Shown: positions 58,888 through 64,000 of the stretch, piece after piece
Layout of the letters: the number at the start of each line of letters is the position of its first letter
Numbering within the stretch: position 1 is the first letter of the stretch
NCBI RefSeq assembly: GCF_009914755.1
Contig: NC_060947.1
Direction: 5' to 3' (one strand)
From: the human T2T-CHM13v2.0 reference genome, Homo sapiens
Length of the DNA: 64,000 nt
Notes under the pieces: generated by a model
What the model saw: only the letters and a program-made list of their open reading frames with translations
Told to the model about the DNA's origin: nothing
The model's database searches: none
Program-made: the position numbers and the translations under genes

Positions 58888-60864
58888 CTGGTAAACTCTG
58901 GTAGACTGAGTTTAGATAATGAAAATATATAAAGAAATTAAATATATTCATTTAAGATAAACTAAATAGTCAAACATATAAATATAGGTTATATAACAGA
59001 ATAAGAACATTTTCCAGATAAAGCACTTGTTACAGTATATACAAATCTCAGGCTTGTACTCTTTAGATTCAAAAAATTATTTTCAACGTAAATATTTGTT
59101 TTGCTTTTGGCAAAAAATGAGTTTTCATTGTAGCAAAAGCCATGTGCCTTGTGGATTAGTTAAGAAGGTGAAATATGTTTAAAGTGAACTGCTGGTCATT
59201 AATTTTTCTGTGGTCCTGTATTTTAGTTATCTAACAATCTTTCTGAAACTTCAAGAATAAAATGACTTTGTAGTAGCCAAAATGATAATATTCAAACATT
59301 CAAGATGTATTTTATTTTGCTATTTAAAAATAGAATCTAATTGCTTCACAGACTATATAAAAATTAAAAATAAAATTTTAAATGGAAATAATGCATAATG
59401 TTGCCACTATAATACAATTATGACTTTTCTATACTAATTACTCATTTTTCTGCATGTTAGAATTAATAAGATGGCAAATGTAATATTTTATTTGCTAAGT
59501 ATCTCTTTAATGTGAATGTTTGAAGCCTTCAAATAGTATTGACTTAATATCTGATGTTAGGTAGAGTCACTTTGGAAAAATTTTCAGTCAAAAAAAGGAG
59601 TTAATGATGGACTTTTTGTCTGGCATCACTACAATAATTCAAAAAAATCCTTGATTGTTTTGATTGTGTAGATCTAGCTTGTGAAACTTAGATGCTAAAT
59701 TTATATATATATGACCACAGGTAAGTTACACTGATTATTTTGAAACTTTTAAAATGCTGAACCAATTTGCTAAGGTTTGTCGTAAAGCTCTGTCCTACAA
59801 GATTTACCCTGCTGGGCAAGCTACAAAATATTGGACCAATTGGACTTTTCAGCTGGGCTTTCTATCTTTTCTACTGTACTGCTTTTGCATTAAATAAATA
59901 AATAGGGACTATAAACACAGGTGGAGGAGGTGCAGGTGCAGCTATAAATCAGGAAACAAGGATAAGGGAACCAAATACTGTGGGAAATTTAAAAAATACA
60001 GAAAATGAAAAGAAGGCTAAAATGAGACTCACAGTAAAAAGAGAGGAAGCAAATAAGAATAAATAATAAAATACAATAAAATAGGAAAAGGAAAACATAA
60101 AGCAAAGAATAACATTGTTATTTAGGTAGCTCATTATTGTCAAGTTATTTTTGAAAGTAATTTTTCATGGACAATGAATTTTCAAAATATTTTCATTTGG
60201 TTCGTGATGGTTCATGGTAACTAATATCATACAGGTTGCTTCTCAGAACAATGTAATTTGAGGCTTTGAAAGACTACTGTGAACTATATTCTGCCTACTC
60301 ATTTTTTTTATTTATGAAGCTACATTTTAATTAGTATTTTTTCACTTACAACTTTATAATGTGTACATCTGTTCACTGACATCAAAAAGCTTTTCTTTTA
60401 GAAAGTATTTTTTACTTCAAAACAATGTTTTTTTACAAATTTTAGAAATTATTTTTTCCCCAAAATATAAGCTGTCTTGAATCAAGCTGTTTCATATTTT
60501 ATATTTAGTGAATCAGCCCATTATGAATGAAAATGCTTTGCTACGTTTAACTACACTTTGAAGCCTCCCTTTAATTAGGTGGGCCTGTGTTCATCATTTC
60601 TACAGAGTTAGTCGACTAACATTGCACTAGACCAAAAAATAAAGCAACTCATAGTAGAAAAATATCTGGCTCAGGAAAGAAAAATGGGATGTCTTCTATC
60701 AATGCCTGTTACTAAGGTTGAGCAATTAAAGGATTACATTATTATTCATTACTAAGGCTGCTGAGTTCCTGCACTCTCACCTCCAAGTGGGAAGAGGCAG
60801 CCAGCCCTTTGTGAACCCTCGTTTCATTTTTATTTTGTTTTGTTTGTTTTTCTTTGCTATAAAG

Positions 60865-60891
60865 AAGCCAAAGATCCCTGCAGGCCAGTTG
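60865..60891 (+). other. Candidate 27-nt (or 24-nt) microexon
   Basis: Long T tract, TGC, NAGNAG acceptor (aaAG/aAG), donor TTG|GTGAGT; length is a multiple of 3 with no stops in any frame. Confidence 0.45.
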
Positions 60892-61429
60892 GTGAGTTTA
60901 CCTTTTACTCTCTAATAACAGAGGACTCCTGTTTACTTCTGTCCATGCTACCTCCTCTCCATTAACCTCAATTCTTTCACAATGATACATATCTCTTTTC
61001 ATCTAGGGTCATGGGTATGTCTTTGATTATTCAACAATAACATCACTTTTCTTATTTTTGTTATATTTTCACAGTTCTTTTATTCTGTTTTATTTAACCC
61101 TTAGTGCAATTGTAGAGTGCATACTCTTTCAGGTTCTATTTCTATCACTTTACAAATATTAACTCTTTTGCCTTATTTTGAAGGCCCCTGCTTGACTTGG
61201 TATTTCATTCTCATGCTGGTATTTATACTTCCTTGTTTCAGTAATACCTTCTGCGATAAAAAGTGGATTCTTGACTGCTTTACCAAGGAAATTATCAGAC
61301 AGAAGAAGATGAGAGACATAATCTGAAATGGAAGATAATAGGGTTGTTTTCTATTGTTTCAGTTACTAATAACTACTTTCATTTTTTCCTGTGATGTAGA
61401 TATATGGTACTGATAGATAATATTAATGG

Positions 61430-61840
61430 TTATCATTTATATAGTGCTTTATGTTTTAAGCACTTTACAAATATGGTATTTGATTCTGACCACAACCATC
61501 CAACTCAATTTAGCTATTATCAATCTCCAGTTATAAATGGGACAACTGAGGCTCAAGGTTAAGCAACTAGAGCTGGGATTTTAATCCTCTTCTCCAAATA
61601 CCAAAGCCCATGTTCCTTCCATTTATACTAAAATGCTTTTAACAGATGTGAAAACTGGGGTACAAAGAGAAACGAACATTTACTGAGTGACAACTCCAAG
61701 CATACATTTTCTCAATTAACCCTCTTAACTTTATGTGTTAAGCATAGGTGACTTGCCAAAAGCATAAAATAAGGGACAAAGACAGTTTTCTAAATCATAC
61801 TTGTTCATTTTCAAACCCGGGTAGTGTTTTGACTATGCTA
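61430..61840 (-). mobile_element. MIR fragments
   Basis: ccagttataaatgggacaactgaggctcaaggttaagcaact; ttttaacagatgtgaaaactgggg. Confidence 0.7.
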
Positions 61841-63377
61841 GAGCCTCAGAAAAGGAACTGGGCACATAAAATGAGTTTAGGGGTTTGATGGATTTTTTTT
61901 ATTTTAAAAATTATGTATTCGTTTTAAAATATATTGCAAAGATACAACTAGCATATCACTTTTGGTATTTTGTTGATATCATTTCCTAGAACAAGTATGA
62001 GGTTTTCAAAGTTAGGTTTTTTTAAAAAAAGTATTAAGATAATAGTTCACATAGTGTAGAGATAAGGCAGAAATTGCGAAGATGCTATTCACATGACTGA
62101 AGTCTGGGAAACACTGCATTATATTAGGCCACATTTTACAGATGAATACATGGAAAGAAGGTTAATGACTTGCCCAAAGTTACGAGACTGACTTACAAAG
62201 AGACTAAGGAGAGGTTTACCCGTAGGTGGATCTTGAAATAAATGGACATAGAGGAAAAAGATTGGTATGGCAATGTCCAGAGCTATTCCCAAAGTACAGA
62301 AGATGGGTTCCCTTCTCTCTAGTGCCTGAATTGGATGTGGTGGTATGAGGGTGAACCTGTATTGCCTCAGTAACTGGCAGCAAAGACTTTTTTCTTCCAT
62401 AAAGAGGCAATGGCAGGTAAGAAAGTCATAATTCCTCCCATCCCTCCCTTTCTCCTTCTATTTCCCCTTTCTTCTCTTCCCCTGAAGCTGGCATTCTTGT
62501 CTCCTTTATGATGTTCTTGATATTCAGGGTGATTTGATTTGATTTGTCTGCAAATGTTGGCTAGGATCAGGAGGGAGGATGAGGCAGTGTTACTTGTCAT
62601 GGGGCTTTATACATTCCATTTCTTCTTCCCTTTGGCCATCCCTGACAATGCCATCCAGACAGTGATAATGCCTGTGCTATGGCAGAAAACTAAGGCACTT
62701 TTAGTGTGTTTGTGCTCAGGAAAGAACAAGGTAACAGAACTTAAGGAAGGATAGGTTATATGCCCAAAAAACATTCAAAGGGAGAGGGTTTGTGAACAGA
62801 TTGATTGCAATTAAGAGCAAATAATTCAGAATTAAAATGAAAACAGCTATGCAAGTTAACAACACTTTTGAGCAGTTTTATGGCAGATAATAAATTGTCT
62901 GGGCAACTATTGCAACAGAGGAAGGTTAACCTTTATTTAAGGATGAACCATTCCTAACAAAGTTCTCAATTAGTTTTGCCCAAACTTTCCAGCAGTATCA
63001 AGTATGGGTTTGTAAATCTATTTTTTCTTCAGTGCATCTGGAAATAACAACCTAGAAAACTCAAGGGTTATTTTTTCATGTGAAAACAACAGTATGTGTT
63101 AGGGCCAGTTTCAGCCCATGACAAAATTGTGAAGCAGCAAAGTTCAGCTTAAGAGATTGACCTCCCACTCGTTATCCAGGAGCCTCATTCAGCAGAGCCT
63201 TTTTCAGTCTGAGAGAACAGAATCTGACAAGGTCAGTCACATTTAAAGTGTGAACCACTTAATGTGTTAATTATCCTTGAGGAATTTGCATTTTAATAGA
63301 AAATCTACTAAAAAGAACAATGCTTAACACAAAACATTGAATTTGTGATAAGTTGATCAGAGCCAGTATAAGGGAAA

Positions 63378-63399
63378 GTGTGTGTGTGTCTGTGTGTGC

Positions 63400-63432
<33 letters not shown>
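63378..63432. repeat. (TG)n microsatellite
   Basis: Directly visible. Confidence 0.95.
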
Positions 63433-63433
<1 letters not shown>

Positions 63434-63589
63434 TTGTTACTGCAGAAGAGGTTTACTCTCTACTGGTTATTGAGGATAAACAATGTTGAATGATTGGGCT
63501 TAATTTACAGAGTGTCCTTTCTATTCAAGACCCACTTCAGAAACACACCAGACAGAAACAATGTCACAAGCTTTAAATAATATTAATAC

Positions 63590-63770
63590 TAATAGTTAAT
63601 ATTTGTTAAGGACTTACTGTGCCAGGCATTGTCCTAATAAATCTATTAACTCATTTAATCTTCACGTAGGAAGTAGGAGCTATCATTTTCATACATGGAA
63701 ATGGTGGGCCTGAAAGGCTAAGTAACTTACCCTAGGTCATGCAGTCAGTAACTGGTGGAGCTAGCAAATG
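63590..63770 (-). mobile_element. MIR SINE
   Basis: acttactgtgccaggcattgtcctaa...ctcatttaatcttcac...aagtaacttaccctaggtcatgcag. Confidence 0.85.
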
Positions 63771-64000
63771 TTGCATTTATACTTTTAGAAGCATACAGTA
63801 CTTTATATATCATTTAAGTAGAAGAGAACTGATATATTCTAGATAGAACAAGTAACTTGTTTAGGAGTACCATGTAAGTTGGTGGAAAAGCTAGATTTAT
63901 AATGAACCTTGGTTTCCTGATTTTCAGTGTATCCCACATTCTCTGTTGCTTATGAATTTGGTATTTCCTCCTATTTCTCGTTTCTATGTTTCTCTTGTTT

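Overview
AT-rich primate (human-like) nuclear DNA. It is dominated by interspersed repeats: about 13 Alus (several with visible target-site duplications), many MIR/L2 and old L1M fragments, MaLR LTRs (MLT1, MST, two THE1), three ERV1-type solo LTRs and DNA-transposon relics (MER5, MER44-like, MER6-like). None of the listed ORFs looks like a real gene; they are chance or repeat-derived. Reading splice signals by eye suggests a + strand architecture. First comes the possible 3' end of an upstream gene (66-nt exon 1985-2050, then a terminal exon at 2720 with a stop and AATAAA). Next are two CpG-poor promoter-like modules: a ZNF143/THAP11 motif cluster at 7761-7919, and an RFX X-box plus CCAAT with a splice donor at 11453-11589. 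A string of candidate small exons follows (18056-18234, 23426-23493, 38419-38505/38585, 50780-50807, 60865-60891). I cannot identify the gene(s). The most unusual structure is an AluY-like element with a perfect 15-bp TSD that carries a co-oriented 183-bp polyadenylated non-Alu insert, with a fold-back at one junction. Repeat subfamily calls are from memory of consensus sequences and boundaries are approximate.
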